The notes: generated from the sequence alone by a model not told the origin. A stretch of DNA of 64,000 nt from Candidatus Latescibacterota bacterium (GCA_965219455.1 OZ244744.1:2016001-2080000); one strand, 5' to 3'; shown: positions 1-10,388, counted from the first letter of the stretch. Made by a program: numbers and translations.

Positions 1-1700
1 TCGTGCGCCGGGCGGTGGAGGTGTTGCGGGTCGAGACCGGGCGGATGGTCCGGCATATGGATACGGGCGAGGCCGGCTGGAGCCGGCGATACCATTACCA
101 CGATTGCTGGGTGCCGGTTTTCGGCGCCGGCGTCGGCTGCCTGGCCTTGATGCCGTACGCGCCCGAAGCCGGGGCCTGGTTATCCACGGTTGAAAGAGAG
201 GTTGAACGGATCGTCTCCATCCAGGGTGAGGACGGCGCATGGAACGAGGGCGTGGCCCCGTTGAATTACGCGCTGGCGCCCATGCTGTTCTACCTGGAGG
301 GCCGGAAACGGATCTTCGGTGAGAATGCGTTTGATATTGCATGGCTGAAGGCGCTGGCGCGCTGGCGCGCGTACCACCTTCTGCCGGACGGAAGCCACGT
401 ATTTCTGGACGATTCGACGCCCAGCGGCCGGTATCACGGGGAGACCGGCGGGGTCGTGGCTTTCCAGCTGTACAAGCTCGCGGCGGAGTTCAACGACGGC
501 CTGGCGCAGTGGCAGGCGGAGCGGGAGGCGTCCCGGACGTTTCTGAAGGATTACCACGACTACGGCTGGAGCTTTCTGTGGTACGATCCGCGGGTTCGGG
601 CGGAACCTCCGGACGGCCTGCCTGCATCGGCTTTTTTCCCGTCATTGGGTCAGTTTTTTTCGCGCGCCGGGTTTGACGAGGGCGCGTCGGTACTGAGCTT
701 CGAGTGTACCGTTCCGGGCGGTCCGCTGGCGCAGGCCCGGCGAGATTCGTGGCTTCCGATACAGACCATTACGCACAATAAACACGCCCACTACCGGGAC
801 CGCGCCAGTTTTACGTTTTTTGTCAACGGACACTATTTTTTCAGACCATCGGGATATTTTCGATTCGACACCGCGTTCAAGAATGCGCTCACCTTTGGCG
901 GGCGGGGACAGTCGGTCGACCCCGACACCGGCGGTGAGGTGACGGGCCTTTATTCCGGCGAGAACGATGTATATTCGGCCGTGCGGTGTGAGGCGGCGGC
1001 GGCGTATCCCGACGTGCCGGACCTGTTCTCCTTCGAACGCACCGTGCTGCACGTCAGGAACCGCCACGCCGTGTTCATCCTGGATCGCGTCCGGTTCTCC
1101 GGCCGTGAGCCCCGCCCCGTGGAAACCCATTTTCACGTGGGGCAAGAGGTCGAAACCCGGATCGGAACGGACGGATCGCTCCGGCTGCAGGCGCCTTCCG
1201 GGCAGGCATGCCGCCTCTATCAGGCCAGTTCGCAGGCGTCGACATTCGAACGAATCCCGCAGCCGGTGGATCCCTACTGGAAGGCGTATCTGTCCGGCTA
1301 CGACATTCCACCGGAAGATCTGGAAGCGATGGATCAGGCGGATCTTCGCTTCCGTTTCGGGATGGCCGGCGAGACGTCGCTCGATGTCCTGTGGGTGATT
1401 CTTCCTCATGGCGGGGATTGCGTTGTCAGACAGCGGGCCGATGGTTCGATGATTGCTATGTGGTATATGGCACCCGATCATCCGCCACAGTTGGTTCTGG
1501 TGCCCTTACTGGAGGACGGCGAGACGCCTGTTCGGGGACCGGCGCTTCCGCAACGGCCGGAGAGGATATTTGTGCTCGGAGGGCCGTCCGGAGGCCGGAT
1601 CAGACTCGCCCTGGAGCACCAGGATGGCGAACGATGGGGTACGGTGTTGGGCGAGGGCCGGGAATATGACCTGACGGAGGCCGGGACGGTTCGTGTTTAA
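1..1700 (+). CDS. Heparinase II/III-like (DUF4962-type) oligosaccharide lyase-like protein, 5' truncated by window
   Basis: ORF open from the window edge; DGAWNEG..Y, F.DS, LAQW, LWYDP, HAH.D..SF and HNAL-like (FKNAL) motifs typical of this family. Confidence 0.6.
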   Translation, partial: VRRAVEVLRVETGRMVRHMDTGEAGWSRRYHYHDCWVPVFGAGVGCLALMPYAPEAGAWLSTVEREVERIVSIQGEDGAWNEGVAPLNYALAPMLFYLEGRKRIFGENAFDIAWLKALARWRAYHLLPDGSHVFLDDSTPSGRYHGETGGVVAFQLYKLAAEFNDGLAQWQAEREASRTFLKDYHDYGWSFLWYDPRVRAEPPDGLPASAFFPSLGQFFSRAGFDEGASVLSFECTVPGGPLAQARRDSWLPIQTITHNKHAHYRDRASFTFFVNGHYFFRPSGYFRFDTAFKNALTFGGRGQSVDPDTGGEVTGLYSGENDVYSAVRCEAAAAYPDVPDLFSFERTVLHVRNRHAVFILDRVRFSGREPRPVETHFHVGQEVETRIGTDGSLRLQAPSGQACRLYQASSQASTFERIPQPVDPYWKAYLSGYDIPPEDLEAMDQADLRFRFGMAGETSLDVLWVILPHGGDCVVRQRADGSMIAMWYMAPDHPPQLVLVPLLEDGETPVRGPALPQRPERIFVLGGPSGGRIRLALEHQDGERWGTVLGEGREYDLTEAGTVRV

Positions 1701-1757
1701 AGAAACAGAGGGCGCCGTCGCAGGGTCCGTTTCGAATCCGGGACGGAGGTAGAAGCT

Positions 1758-2348
1758 GTGAGAATCAGCGGGGTCTGGGAACGGCAGCAGGAGCACGTCC
1801 CCGTCGTTATGGTCCGGGAAGACCTGGCCGACCTGCCCTCATATCCGCTTCCCCGGGGTTACGTCATCCGCTACTACAGGGCCGGCGAAGACCACCTCTG
1901 GGCCGAAATCGAGATCTCTGTGGCGTCGTTCGATTCGGTGGACGGGGCACTGGCCTACTTCGAGCGCGAGTTCGGACCGGGCCGCGACCGGATGGAGGCC
2001 AGGTGTCTGTATCTGGAAGACCCGAACGGCCGCGCGGTCGGTACGAGCACGGCCTGGTACAACGACGCGTTCAACGGAAGGGACTACGGCCGCATCCACT
2101 GGGTCGCAGTCCGTCCCGAGTATCAGGGCCGGGGTCTGGCCAAGCCGCTTCTCGCGGCCTCCCTGCGACGGATCTCGGACTTCCACGATCGCGCCTACCT
2201 GACCACCCAGACCACCAGCGCCCGCGCGATCAACCTCTACCTGGACTTCGGTTTTGTGCCATTCGAAACCTGCGATCGGTGCGCCGCGGGCTGGGCGTGG
2301 CTCGCCTCCGTCCTGGACCACCCGTCTCTCGCAGGGTACAGAGAATGA
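1758..2348 (+). CDS. GNAT family N-acetyltransferase
   Basis: HWVAVRPEYQGRGLAK acetyl-CoA motif A; AINLYLDFGF motif; GGAGG upstream of GTG. Confidence 0.85.
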   Translation: MRISGVWERQQEHVPVVMVREDLADLPSYPLPRGYVIRYYRAGEDHLWAEIEISVASFDSVDGALAYFEREFGPGRDRMEARCLYLEDPNGRAVGTSTAWYNDAFNGRDYGRIHWVAVRPEYQGRGLAKPLLAASLRRISDFHDRAYLTTQTTSARAINLYLDFGFVPFETCDRCAAGWAWLASVLDHPSLAGYRE

Positions 2349-2452
2349 GTGGGTGAAGGCGGCAATGTTTTCCCCAGCGGTCGGGCGAGGGCTCGTCGCT
2401 GTTCAACTTTGATATTGGAATAGCAATCACTTTTTTAAAGGAGACCCCTTAA

Positions 2453-3328
2453 ATGGCCGGTAAACCCTATTCGCCGGAAGGGAAAACGGTTGTTCGGAAA
2501 CATGACATCATCGAAGGCCTGCGGAAGATGGGGGTGGCGCCAGGTGATACCGTGTTTTTTCACAATTCCCTGAGCAGTATGGGATACGTGGAGGGCGGCG
2601 CTGAAACCGTCATCGAAGCCTTCCTCGAGGCGGTAGGGTCACGGGGTACGGTTGCGGTGCATACGTGTCACTTCAACGGATGGCACTACGACTATGCCCG
2701 CACCAGAAGGAAACCGGCGTTCGACGTGCGCCGCTCGCCGTCCAGGATGGGGCGGATCACGGAGGTGTTCCGTCAACATCCGGGAGCGGTGAGATGCCTG
2801 GACTCCAGCAACCCGATGTGTGCGATCGGGAACCACGCGGATTACCTGGCGGAAGGCGCGATTCGCTGCTTCACGCCGTGCGGACGGGATACGGCCTGGG
2901 GGAAGCTCGGTGAACTGGATGCGCACTATATGTTCCTGGGTACCGGATGGAACAGTTGCACGATGATGCACGCCTGCGAGGAATACGGGCATGCGCCTTA
3001 CGCCTTGATGGACGAGCCGTCCCGCCTGGAGGTGGCGGACGAACGGGGCCGGAACCATCTCCACGTCCAGAAGGTGCATACGCCGAACGTGCCGCGAGAT
3101 TATTTTCTGATGGAACCTGAAATGCAGAAACGGGAGCTTGTTCAGTACGGGCAAATTGGCGATGCGAAAGTGACCAAAATGAACGCCAGAGAACTGATTG
3201 ACGAGGGCACCCGGTGTATCGTGGAAGATCCCGGCTTCTTGCTGAAGGACCGCAGCTTTATCGAGCAGTGCCGGGATCATCAGAGGGGGCTGATTCCTCC
3301 GGGTTACCGGGGCGCCTCGGACGTGTAA
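2453..3328 (+). CDS. AAC(3)/YokD family N-acetyltransferase
   Basis: GDTVFFHNSLSSMGYVEGGAETVIEAFLEAVG, MGRITE.FR, SCTMMHACEE; AAGGAG RBS. Confidence 0.9.
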   Translation: MAGKPYSPEGKTVVRKHDIIEGLRKMGVAPGDTVFFHNSLSSMGYVEGGAETVIEAFLEAVGSRGTVAVHTCHFNGWHYDYARTRRKPAFDVRRSPSRMGRITEVFRQHPGAVRCLDSSNPMCAIGNHADYLAEGAIRCFTPCGRDTAWGKLGELDAHYMFLGTGWNSCTMMHACEEYGHAPYALMDEPSRLEVADERGRNHLHVQKVHTPNVPRDYFLMEPEMQKRELVQYGQIGDAKVTKMNARELIDEGTRCIVEDPGFLLKDRSFIEQCRDHQRGLIPPGYRGASDV

Positions 3329-3354
3329 CCGGATGACAGCCGACGGAGGCCGGG

Positions 3355-4050
3355 ATGCAGATTCTGCCGGATATCTATCTCGCGGACGGGTTTGCTTATG
3401 CGCAACACGCGAATTTCTATGTGTTGCATAGCGATGCGGGCACGATCGTGGTCGACGCCGGGTCGGTGCCCGCCGACCTGGATCGAGCCGAAGCACAGTT
3501 GGGCGTATGGGGGATCTCGCTGGAGAAAGTCGATTTCCTGTTCTTGACGCATAGCCATTACGATCACATCGGCAATGCGGCCGCAATTCGGGAGCGGGGC
3601 GCGTTCGTAATCGCCGGGCCGGGCGACGCGGAAGGGATTGAGAGATCGGACGCGCGCACCATTCCGTACGCCGCGGGATTCCGGTTGCCGGCCTGCAGGG
3701 TGGACCGGGTGGTCGAGGACGGCGACACGATCGAAGCCTGTGGATTCCGGTTTGACGTCATTCATGCGCCGGGCCACACGAACGGATGTGTCATCTTTCA
3801 GTTCCAACACGTGGAAAAGACGATCTGGCTGGCCGGCGACGTGCTGTTCTGCGGAAATACCAGCTATCAGCCTGAGTTGGGCTGGCAGGGGGGCGAGGAA
3901 TTCGACAAACCCACGTATATACGGACCCTGAAGCGACTTTCGGAACGGCACGTGGATTGCATCCTGTCCGGACACCATATGCCGTATCTACGGGAAGGCT
4001 ATCGACTGGTCGGGCGCGCGTACGCGAAGGCGTTGATCGAATGGCGCTAA
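3355..4050 (+). CDS. MBL-fold metallo-hydrolase
   Basis: THSHYDHIG, PGHT, AGD and SGH metal-binding motifs. Confidence 0.9.
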   Translation: MQILPDIYLADGFAYAQHANFYVLHSDAGTIVVDAGSVPADLDRAEAQLGVWGISLEKVDFLFLTHSHYDHIGNAAAIRERGAFVIAGPGDAEGIERSDARTIPYAAGFRLPACRVDRVVEDGDTIEACGFRFDVIHAPGHTNGCVIFQFQHVEKTIWLAGDVLFCGNTSYQPELGWQGGEEFDKPTYIRTLKRLSERHVDCILSGHHMPYLREGYRLVGRAYAKALIEWR

Positions 4051-4187
4051 GCGCGAGTCCGGCGCGAAGGATTGAGAGGCCGGATTCCGCGGCATACTTC
4101 TCCGGCGTGGAGCCGGGACCGTCGCATGTAACCGAGGCAGAAATCTTGTGGCAGGTAGCGGGCACACCACTGTAGCGAAGAGGAGAG

Positions 4188-5753
4188 ATGGCCGCGATGC
4201 TATCCCAACAGGATATCGCTGATGGCGCAAGGGCCCTGGGGTTGCTGCCGGGCACGATCGTGATGGTGCATTCGTCTCTGAGCAGCCTGGGACCCGTATC
4301 CGGCGGCGCTAACGCGGTGATCGACGCTTTGGTGGAGGTACTGGGGCAGCATGGGACGTTGTTGATGCCCACGCATCCGGCGCGGGACGGACGCACGTTC
4401 GATCCGGAGACAGTACCCTCGGACATGGGCGTCATCAGCGAGACGTTTCGGTTGCGGCCGGGCGTGTTGCGAAGCCGGCATCCCTATCATCCGGTAGCGG
4501 GGTACGGAGCGAGGGCGGAGGAGATCCTGTCCGATCATGAGAAGAGCGCAGCGCCCGATGGACCGGAAACGCCGTATGGCCGCCTGATTCCTCTTGGCGG
4601 AAAGGTGTTGCACCTGGGATGCGACCTGGATACGATGACGCTGCTGCATACGGTAGAGGCGGAGCTGGACCTGCCCTACCTGCGTGAATTGGAAATGATG
4701 TATGTCGATGCCTCCGGCGGTATTCGTACGTTGTCGATACGCCGTTGTCCAGGCGGTCACCGCGGCGGCGTGTTGAAATTCGATCGGATGTTCACAGCCG
4801 AGGGCGCGATGGTGACGGGTGCAGTCGGACCGGCGGTCTGCCGCCTGATCGACGCCCCGGGAGCCGCGGCCATCATGCGGCGCGAAATGTCGCGCGATCC
4901 CGGGTTTGCGCTGGACGAGAATCCGAACTGCGCCGATTGCGTGGGATACCGGGAGAAGATCGCGAGATCGTCCGCCGTCCGTCCGTCGGTCCGGCACGAT
5001 GCGCCATCCACATCGGGGGAATCCCTGAAGTCTATGCTGGAGAATGAGGATTTCAGCCTGAGCGTGCCGCTTTGGGCGGTGGATGCCAATCCCGATAAAA
5101 CGCTTGATTCGGTCGCGAAGGCGGGGGTTTCACAGGTCGAAATGCATACGAATCACCTGGTCCATATGGCTATCCTTGGCGAAGGACTGGAGGATCGGGG
5201 CCTCAACGTTGTTGTATCGCGCACACCGTTCGCATCTTCCGCGATGCTGGCGGAGGCTTGTGAAATTGCAGCCGGTTTCGATGCAAAGCACCTGCATGTC
5301 CGGCTGCCTGAGGACCTCGATCGGGCGGACCTGAACGGTGCACTTGAACGGCTCTCCCGGGTCGCCGATGACAATGGGATGGACGTGCTTGTGGGGAATC
5401 CCGCGGGTGTGAACCCGTCGGATATCGCCGGAGGGTTGAGAGAGATCGGGTCGGCCAGGTTGCAGATGGCGTACGATCCGGCGGCCGTCGCGCTTTCGGG
5501 TGGAAGCCCGTTCTATATGGGTCTGTATAAGGGACCGATCCGCCGGTTTGTGGGGCACGTCGACTTCAGGGACGTTGTGGCGGCCAGCGGGGATCCGGCG
5601 GTTCCGGGGCGGGGCAACGCGGAACCCGTAGAGATTCTTTCCAATCTCAGATGTCGAAGTTTCGATGGAATCTTCTGCCTCTGGCCGTTGCCCGGCCGCG
5701 CAGGATTCTGGAATGCGGTGAACCGTTTTCGGAATATCATGGAGCGTATCTAA
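4188..5753 (+). CDS. AAC(3) family acetyltransferase fused to a degenerate xylose-isomerase/AP-endonuclease-2-like TIM barrel
   Basis: N-terminal VHSSLSSLGPVSGGA, MGVISETFR, SRHP, MTLLHTVE; linker CADC; C-terminal YDPAA, HVDFRD, PGRGNA, FDG resemble the AP_endonuc_2 fold. Confidence 0.75.
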   Translation: MAAMLSQQDIADGARALGLLPGTIVMVHSSLSSLGPVSGGANAVIDALVEVLGQHGTLLMPTHPARDGRTFDPETVPSDMGVISETFRLRPGVLRSRHPYHPVAGYGARAEEILSDHEKSAAPDGPETPYGRLIPLGGKVLHLGCDLDTMTLLHTVEAELDLPYLRELEMMYVDASGGIRTLSIRRCPGGHRGGVLKFDRMFTAEGAMVTGAVGPAVCRLIDAPGAAAIMRREMSRDPGFALDENPNCADCVGYREKIARSSAVRPSVRHDAPSTSGESLKSMLENEDFSLSVPLWAVDANPDKTLDSVAKAGVSQVEMHTNHLVHMAILGEGLEDRGLNVVVSRTPFASSAMLAEACEIAAGFDAKHLHVRLPEDLDRADLNGALERLSRVADDNGMDVLVGNPAGVNPSDIAGGLREIGSARLQMAYDPAAVALSGGSPFYMGLYKGPIRRFVGHVDFRDVVAASGDPAVPGRGNAEPVEILSNLRCRSFDGIFCLWPLPGRAGFWNAVNRFRNIMERI

Positions 5754-5841
5754 CGAGCGGATTGCGTCTCGGCGGTCCGTAGGTACGGCCGCCACAGCGA
5801 CCTGCGGATGCCAGGAACGCGATTGATTGGGAAGGTGAAAC

Positions 5842-7542
5842 ATGTCGGAGAACGAAGACCTGCCGGAGATTGTTGTAGAGAAAAACGTCCCGGTCGAAAT
5901 GCCGGACGGGATCAAACTTCGTGCCAACATATTTCGGCCCGATGCCCCGGGCCGGTATCCCGGCCTCCTGATGCGAACCCCGTATGGAAAGGCCCAGGGC
6001 GGATTCGAGCGTTTCGTGCGGTCCGGTTATGCGGTGGTCACCCAGGATTCCCGCGGCCGCTATGCGTCGGAAGGGACGTATATTCCCTATACGGTTGAGG
6101 GCGGCACCCCCGATGCTCAGGATGGCTACGAGAGTGTCGAGTGGCTGGCGCGGCAGCCGTTCTGTAACGGAAGGGTCGGCACGTTCGGGGGGTCTTACAA
6201 CGCCTGGATGCAGTGGATGCTTGCAAAGCTCCGGCCGCCGCACCTGGTCGCCATGTGCGCCTGGTCGATTCCACTTGAAAACACCGAGGTCGACTGGTGG
6301 GGCGCCTTCCGACCCGGGCGGCGGATCAAGTGGTGGATGGGAACGATCGCGCCGGATCTCCGCAGGCGGGAGGGTGCACCTGGACCGCACCGGAAGGAAG
6401 AGGCACTGGAAATCTGGGAGAACATCGAGCAGATGCGGTGGCTATACTTTATGCCATGGTTGGACTTTCCACGTTATCTGCCCGAAGGAATGGCAGGGTA
6501 CGCCGAGGACTGGTTGCGGCATCCGAACCGCAGGTGCTGGAAATTCGACGAGGTGCACCGGGAGGTGGAAGTCCCTAACCTGGATTTCAGCGGGTGGTAC
6601 GACCATTGCGGAGGAACGATGGCGCACCTCGGGCTGATGCAGAAACATGGCCGGTCGGAAATTGCAAGAACGCAGACGCGGCTCGTTATCGGTCCCTGGA
6701 ACCACAGCGGACTGGGAAACCGGCGCCAGGGCGGGATCGACTTCGGGCCTGAGGCCCAAATGGATATGCAGGATCGGATGATCCGGTGGTTCGACCGCTG
6801 GCTGAAGGAAACCGATAACGGCATGGACCGGGAACCGCCGGTGCGGTACTTCGTGATGGGCTCGGGCAAATGGAAGTCGGCGGCGACCTGGCCCCCCGGG
6901 GGAGCGATTGGGACGGACTACTATCTGGACAGCGACGGCGACGCGCACCTGGCCGCGGGGTCCGGACGTCTGCAGGATGGACCCGGAGCTGGCCGGAAAC
7001 CCGATAGGTACGAGTACGATCCGAACGACCCGGTACCCACCCTCTGGTCGCGGGCGTTGTTTACGGAGCCTTCGGACAGGAAGATACTTGATTACCGCCA
7101 GGACATCCTGATCTTTCGGACGCCTCCCCTGGAGGTTGAAGTGGAAACCGTGGGGTATCCCGAATTGGTGCTGTACGCGGGGACTTCGGCGGCGGATACC
7201 GATTTTTTCGCCCGTCTTGTGGACGAAGTTCCGGACGGCCCGGCGACGGACGTCGCCTATGGGATGGTCCGCGCACGGCACCGGCTGTCGATGGACGAGG
7301 AGAATTTCATCACCCCGGGAGAGGTGACAGAGTATCGTATCCGCATGACGCCGACGGCCTGCAGGTTTCTCGCGGGGCACCGGATCCGCCTGGAAATCAC
7401 AAGCAGCGATTTTCCGAACCACGACCGGAATCACAATACCGGCGGGAACGACCTCGCCGAGACCGAACTGTTGACGGCGACACAGGTAGTCCATCACACC
7501 GCGAAATACCCCTCACGTTTGATCCTGAAGGTTGTGGACTGA
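5842..7542 (+). CDS. CocE/NonD family hydrolase
   Basis: RTPYGK, QDSRGRYASEG, GGSY nucleophile elbow, GWYD, IGPWNH, GHRIRLEITSSDFP. Confidence 0.95.
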   Translation: MSENEDLPEIVVEKNVPVEMPDGIKLRANIFRPDAPGRYPGLLMRTPYGKAQGGFERFVRSGYAVVTQDSRGRYASEGTYIPYTVEGGTPDAQDGYESVEWLARQPFCNGRVGTFGGSYNAWMQWMLAKLRPPHLVAMCAWSIPLENTEVDWWGAFRPGRRIKWWMGTIAPDLRRREGAPGPHRKEEALEIWENIEQMRWLYFMPWLDFPRYLPEGMAGYAEDWLRHPNRRCWKFDEVHREVEVPNLDFSGWYDHCGGTMAHLGLMQKHGRSEIARTQTRLVIGPWNHSGLGNRRQGGIDFGPEAQMDMQDRMIRWFDRWLKETDNGMDREPPVRYFVMGSGKWKSAATWPPGGAIGTDYYLDSDGDAHLAAGSGRLQDGPGAGRKPDRYEYDPNDPVPTLWSRALFTEPSDRKILDYRQDILIFRTPPLEVEVETVGYPELVLYAGTSAADTDFFARLVDEVPDGPATDVAYGMVRARHRLSMDEENFITPGEVTEYRIRMTPTACRFLAGHRIRLEITSSDFPNHDRNHNTGGNDLAETELLTATQVVHHTAKYPSRLILKVVD

Positions 7543-7600
7543 TTCGGCGGCAAGCGACGCGGATACGCGAGAAAACCGGGATAGGCGGCGCGAAAATCAA

Positions 7601-8818
7601 ATGAGTTCAACATTCAAATGGCGCCTCTGTCATCCGGAGGTCGAATCGACAGATGGCGACGTGCCGTGCGCGAGGGAGGCGCCGGGCGCCATGCTGGCCT
7701 ACCATGGACGGATCTTCATGTTTGGTGGCGGTACGCTCAGATACGGCGCGTCGTCCGGACAGGGCAACAAGTCCACGCTGGGCGCACTGAATGACCTGTG
7801 GGCGTACGATCCGTCGATCGGGAAATGGACCCGGCTGGAAGAAAACGACGGTGCGACCGGGTTCGATATCTCGGCAGACCGTCCGTGCGCACGCATGTTG
7901 CCGGCATGGGTTGAGATAGACGACCGGTTCTATTTGTTCGGCGGGTTGTCGATCCTGAGCGAGGGATGGAAGTTCACCCTGTTGAACGACCTGTGGATGT
8001 ACGATCCTTCGGAAGCGCGCTGGACGCTGCTGGAGCCCGACGACGGCCTCCTGATGGAGCACCCTGACTGCGCGGGTCGGGGTCGACCGACCACCATGGG
8101 TGGGTTCGGAACGGCCGTTATCGGGAGGAAGATCTATCTGTTCGGCGGATGGGGCCACCGGGCGCCGCTTCCACCGACGGTGGAGACCGCGGTGCTGAGC
8201 AGGCAACTCTGGACTTATGATACCGGTACGGGGACGTGGGAGCGGATCGAAGCGGCGGATGACGCGGCCTGGCCGCCGAAGCGGTACGTCGCGTCGATGA
8301 CGGCCTGCCAGGGTCGTATATATCTTTGGGGAGGACGGGATACGCAGGACCGGGATCCGCAATTCTATAACGATCTCTGGCGGTTCGATCCGGATACCCG
8401 GGTATGGACCTGTCTCGCGAAAAATGACTTCGAGGCGGCAAACCGGCCTTCCGCCCGCTACGGCCAGGGTTCGGCCCGGATAGGAGATCGATGGTACGTT
8501 TTCGGCGGGTTCGGACCGCGGGGGACCTTCATGCCGGAAGAAGTGAATGGACCGCAACTGAACGATCTCTGGTGTGTGAATCTGAATTCCGGAGACTGGA
8601 CCTGCCTCCAGGCGCACGACGGATCGAAAGACTACTCGGAATCCGCGGCGTATCCGGGCGTACGGCGGGTGCCGGGCATGGTGGCCGTGGATGAATCGGT
8701 GTACCTGTTCGGCGGGCTGGACCTGGCGAGCGGGCCGAACAACGACGGGCCCGTGACGGGCTTTAACGACTTATGGGTCGGGCGCGAAGCGTCAGCGCGC
8801 TTTGCGATAGACAATTAG
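7601..8818 (+). CDS. Kelch-repeat beta-propeller protein
   Basis: Six repeats of (Y/F)LFGG; most followed by (L)NDLW..W; ATG at 7601 chosen to avoid overlap with the upstream gene. Confidence 0.85.
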   Translation: MSSTFKWRLCHPEVESTDGDVPCAREAPGAMLAYHGRIFMFGGGTLRYGASSGQGNKSTLGALNDLWAYDPSIGKWTRLEENDGATGFDISADRPCARMLPAWVEIDDRFYLFGGLSILSEGWKFTLLNDLWMYDPSEARWTLLEPDDGLLMEHPDCAGRGRPTTMGGFGTAVIGRKIYLFGGWGHRAPLPPTVETAVLSRQLWTYDTGTGTWERIEAADDAAWPPKRYVASMTACQGRIYLWGGRDTQDRDPQFYNDLWRFDPDTRVWTCLAKNDFEAANRPSARYGQGSARIGDRWYVFGGFGPRGTFMPEEVNGPQLNDLWCVNLNSGDWTCLQAHDGSKDYSESAAYPGVRRVPGMVAVDESVYLFGGLDLASGPNNDGPVTGFNDLWVGREASARFAIDN

Positions 8819-10371
8819 CCTCAATGCGAAAATAATGTTGATGAATTTCGGGGTATTGAAGACTAAGCGAGAATGCGAATAAGTCTATATTTTTCAATAG
8901 GAAAAGGCCTTCCATTTTGGTATATTGGGAAGCGACAAACGACCCATTTAACCCAAAACGAAAGGCCACGTACAGTGAGACGAAAGAAAGCGGATTTGCA
9001 CGCGCGTGTCAACGACAATTTGAAGATGGAATTCACCGGTGAAGGCCTCACCTCGTATGCGGGTTTGGAACTGTTGATGCGATATTTGCGAAACGTGGAT
9101 TGGAACAGGCAGTTGCGCCGTCACCTGGGCAGTGTGGGCTTTGGCGGCGATTTCGGTGTGGTGAGCCTGTGCCGTGTTCTGTTGGGTTTGCTGTGGGTAG
9201 GCGGCCGTCGGTTGCGGCATCTGGATTTCTTGAAAGGAGATCCCCTGCTGCAGCGGTTTTGCGGTCTGACGGATCTACCGACCCCCCGCAGCGTGAGTAC
9301 GTTTCTGAGACGGTTTTCCGACAAGGGTCTCAACGCCCTGAAAGCCCTCAACGCCGACGTGGTTGCCCATAAGATCAACCTGTTGCGCGCCCGAAAATTG
9401 ACGATCGACGTGGACGGCACCGTCTTGTGCACCGGAAAACGCGTCGGCGGTGCCCGCCGCGGGTATAATCCGCATCATCGCAAAGTCCCCAGTTACTATC
9501 CGATCACCGCCTACCTGGCCGACAGTGGTCATTTTCTGGGCGTGCACAACCGGGCAGGCAACGTCAATGATGGCAGCGCCTCCATCCTGTTTCTAAAGGA
9601 CGTGTTTTCCCAGATCAAAGAGACCTTGGGACACGCCTACACTCTGCGATTCCGCATGGATGGCGCCTTTTTCAAAGAGGATGTGGTGAACACGCTCATC
9701 AAGAACAAGGCCTCGTATGCCATCAAGGTACCCTTCTGGAAAGGCCTGGACTTACAGCACAAAATCCGTCAATGCAGCAACTGGCAGCGCATCGAGAAGG
9801 GCGTCGACGGCTTCACGTCAACGCTGACGGTCAAAAAATGGAAACGCACCCTCAACATTGCCATCTTTCGAAAACGCGTGATGCATCAAACCCGAAAGAA
9901 CTACCAGTTGGACCTGTTCGATCCCGATGATGGCACCTTCGAATACAGTGCGGTGGCTACCAATCTACCCTTCAAGTTGCGCGCGCTCTGGCGCTTCATG
10001 GCAGGCCGTGGTGCCCACGAAAAAGCCATTGGCGAACTCAAGACCGGACTTAGCTTCGATACCATCCCCACGCACCATTACCACGCCAATAGTGCCTGGC
10101 AACAGTTCGTCATTCTCGCGCACAACCTCCTGGTCAACTTCCAAATCGAAACCGGACTCACAAAACGCAATCGCACCTTGAAAAATACCAACCGATGGCC
10201 GCTCAAATCCATACGTACTCTCCGGTTCGAGCTCATCAACCGAGCCGGACACCTCGTGCGACCCGAAGGGCGTCTAACCCTGCGCCTCCAACGCAACAAG
10301 CACACCGAAAAACAATACCGTAAAATCTGCAACGCGCTCCAGAAAGCCGCCTGATTTATTTCACATTGAGG
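8819..10371 (+). mobile_element. IS1380-family insertion sequence (1553 bp), apparently complete
   Basis: Terminal IRs CCTCAATGCGAAAATAA (from 8819) and TTATTTCACATTGAGG (to 10371); TTAG direct repeat at 8815-8818 and 10372-10375; single transposase ORF. Confidence 0.92.
8975..10354 (+). CDS. IS1380 family DDE transposase
   Basis: LTSYAGL, TIDVDGT, GYNP, RMDGAF, RGAHEKAIGELK, ANSAW, TLRFELI motifs; GTG at 8975 is the likely start (ORF track starts at 8873). Confidence 0.92.
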   Translation: MRRKKADLHARVNDNLKMEFTGEGLTSYAGLELLMRYLRNVDWNRQLRRHLGSVGFGGDFGVVSLCRVLLGLLWVGGRRLRHLDFLKGDPLLQRFCGLTDLPTPRSVSTFLRRFSDKGLNALKALNADVVAHKINLLRARKLTIDVDGTVLCTGKRVGGARRGYNPHHRKVPSYYPITAYLADSGHFLGVHNRAGNVNDGSASILFLKDVFSQIKETLGHAYTLRFRMDGAFFKEDVVNTLIKNKASYAIKVPFWKGLDLQHKIRQCSNWQRIEKGVDGFTSTLTVKKWKRTLNIAIFRKRVMHQTRKNYQLDLFDPDDGTFEYSAVATNLPFKLRALWRFMAGRGAHEKAIGELKTGLSFDTIPTHHYHANSAWQQFVILAHNLLVNFQIETGLTKRNRTLKNTNRWPLKSIRTLRFELINRAGHLVRPEGRLTLRLQRNKHTEKQYRKICNALQKAA

Positions 10372-10388
10372 TTAGTGACGGGAGATCG

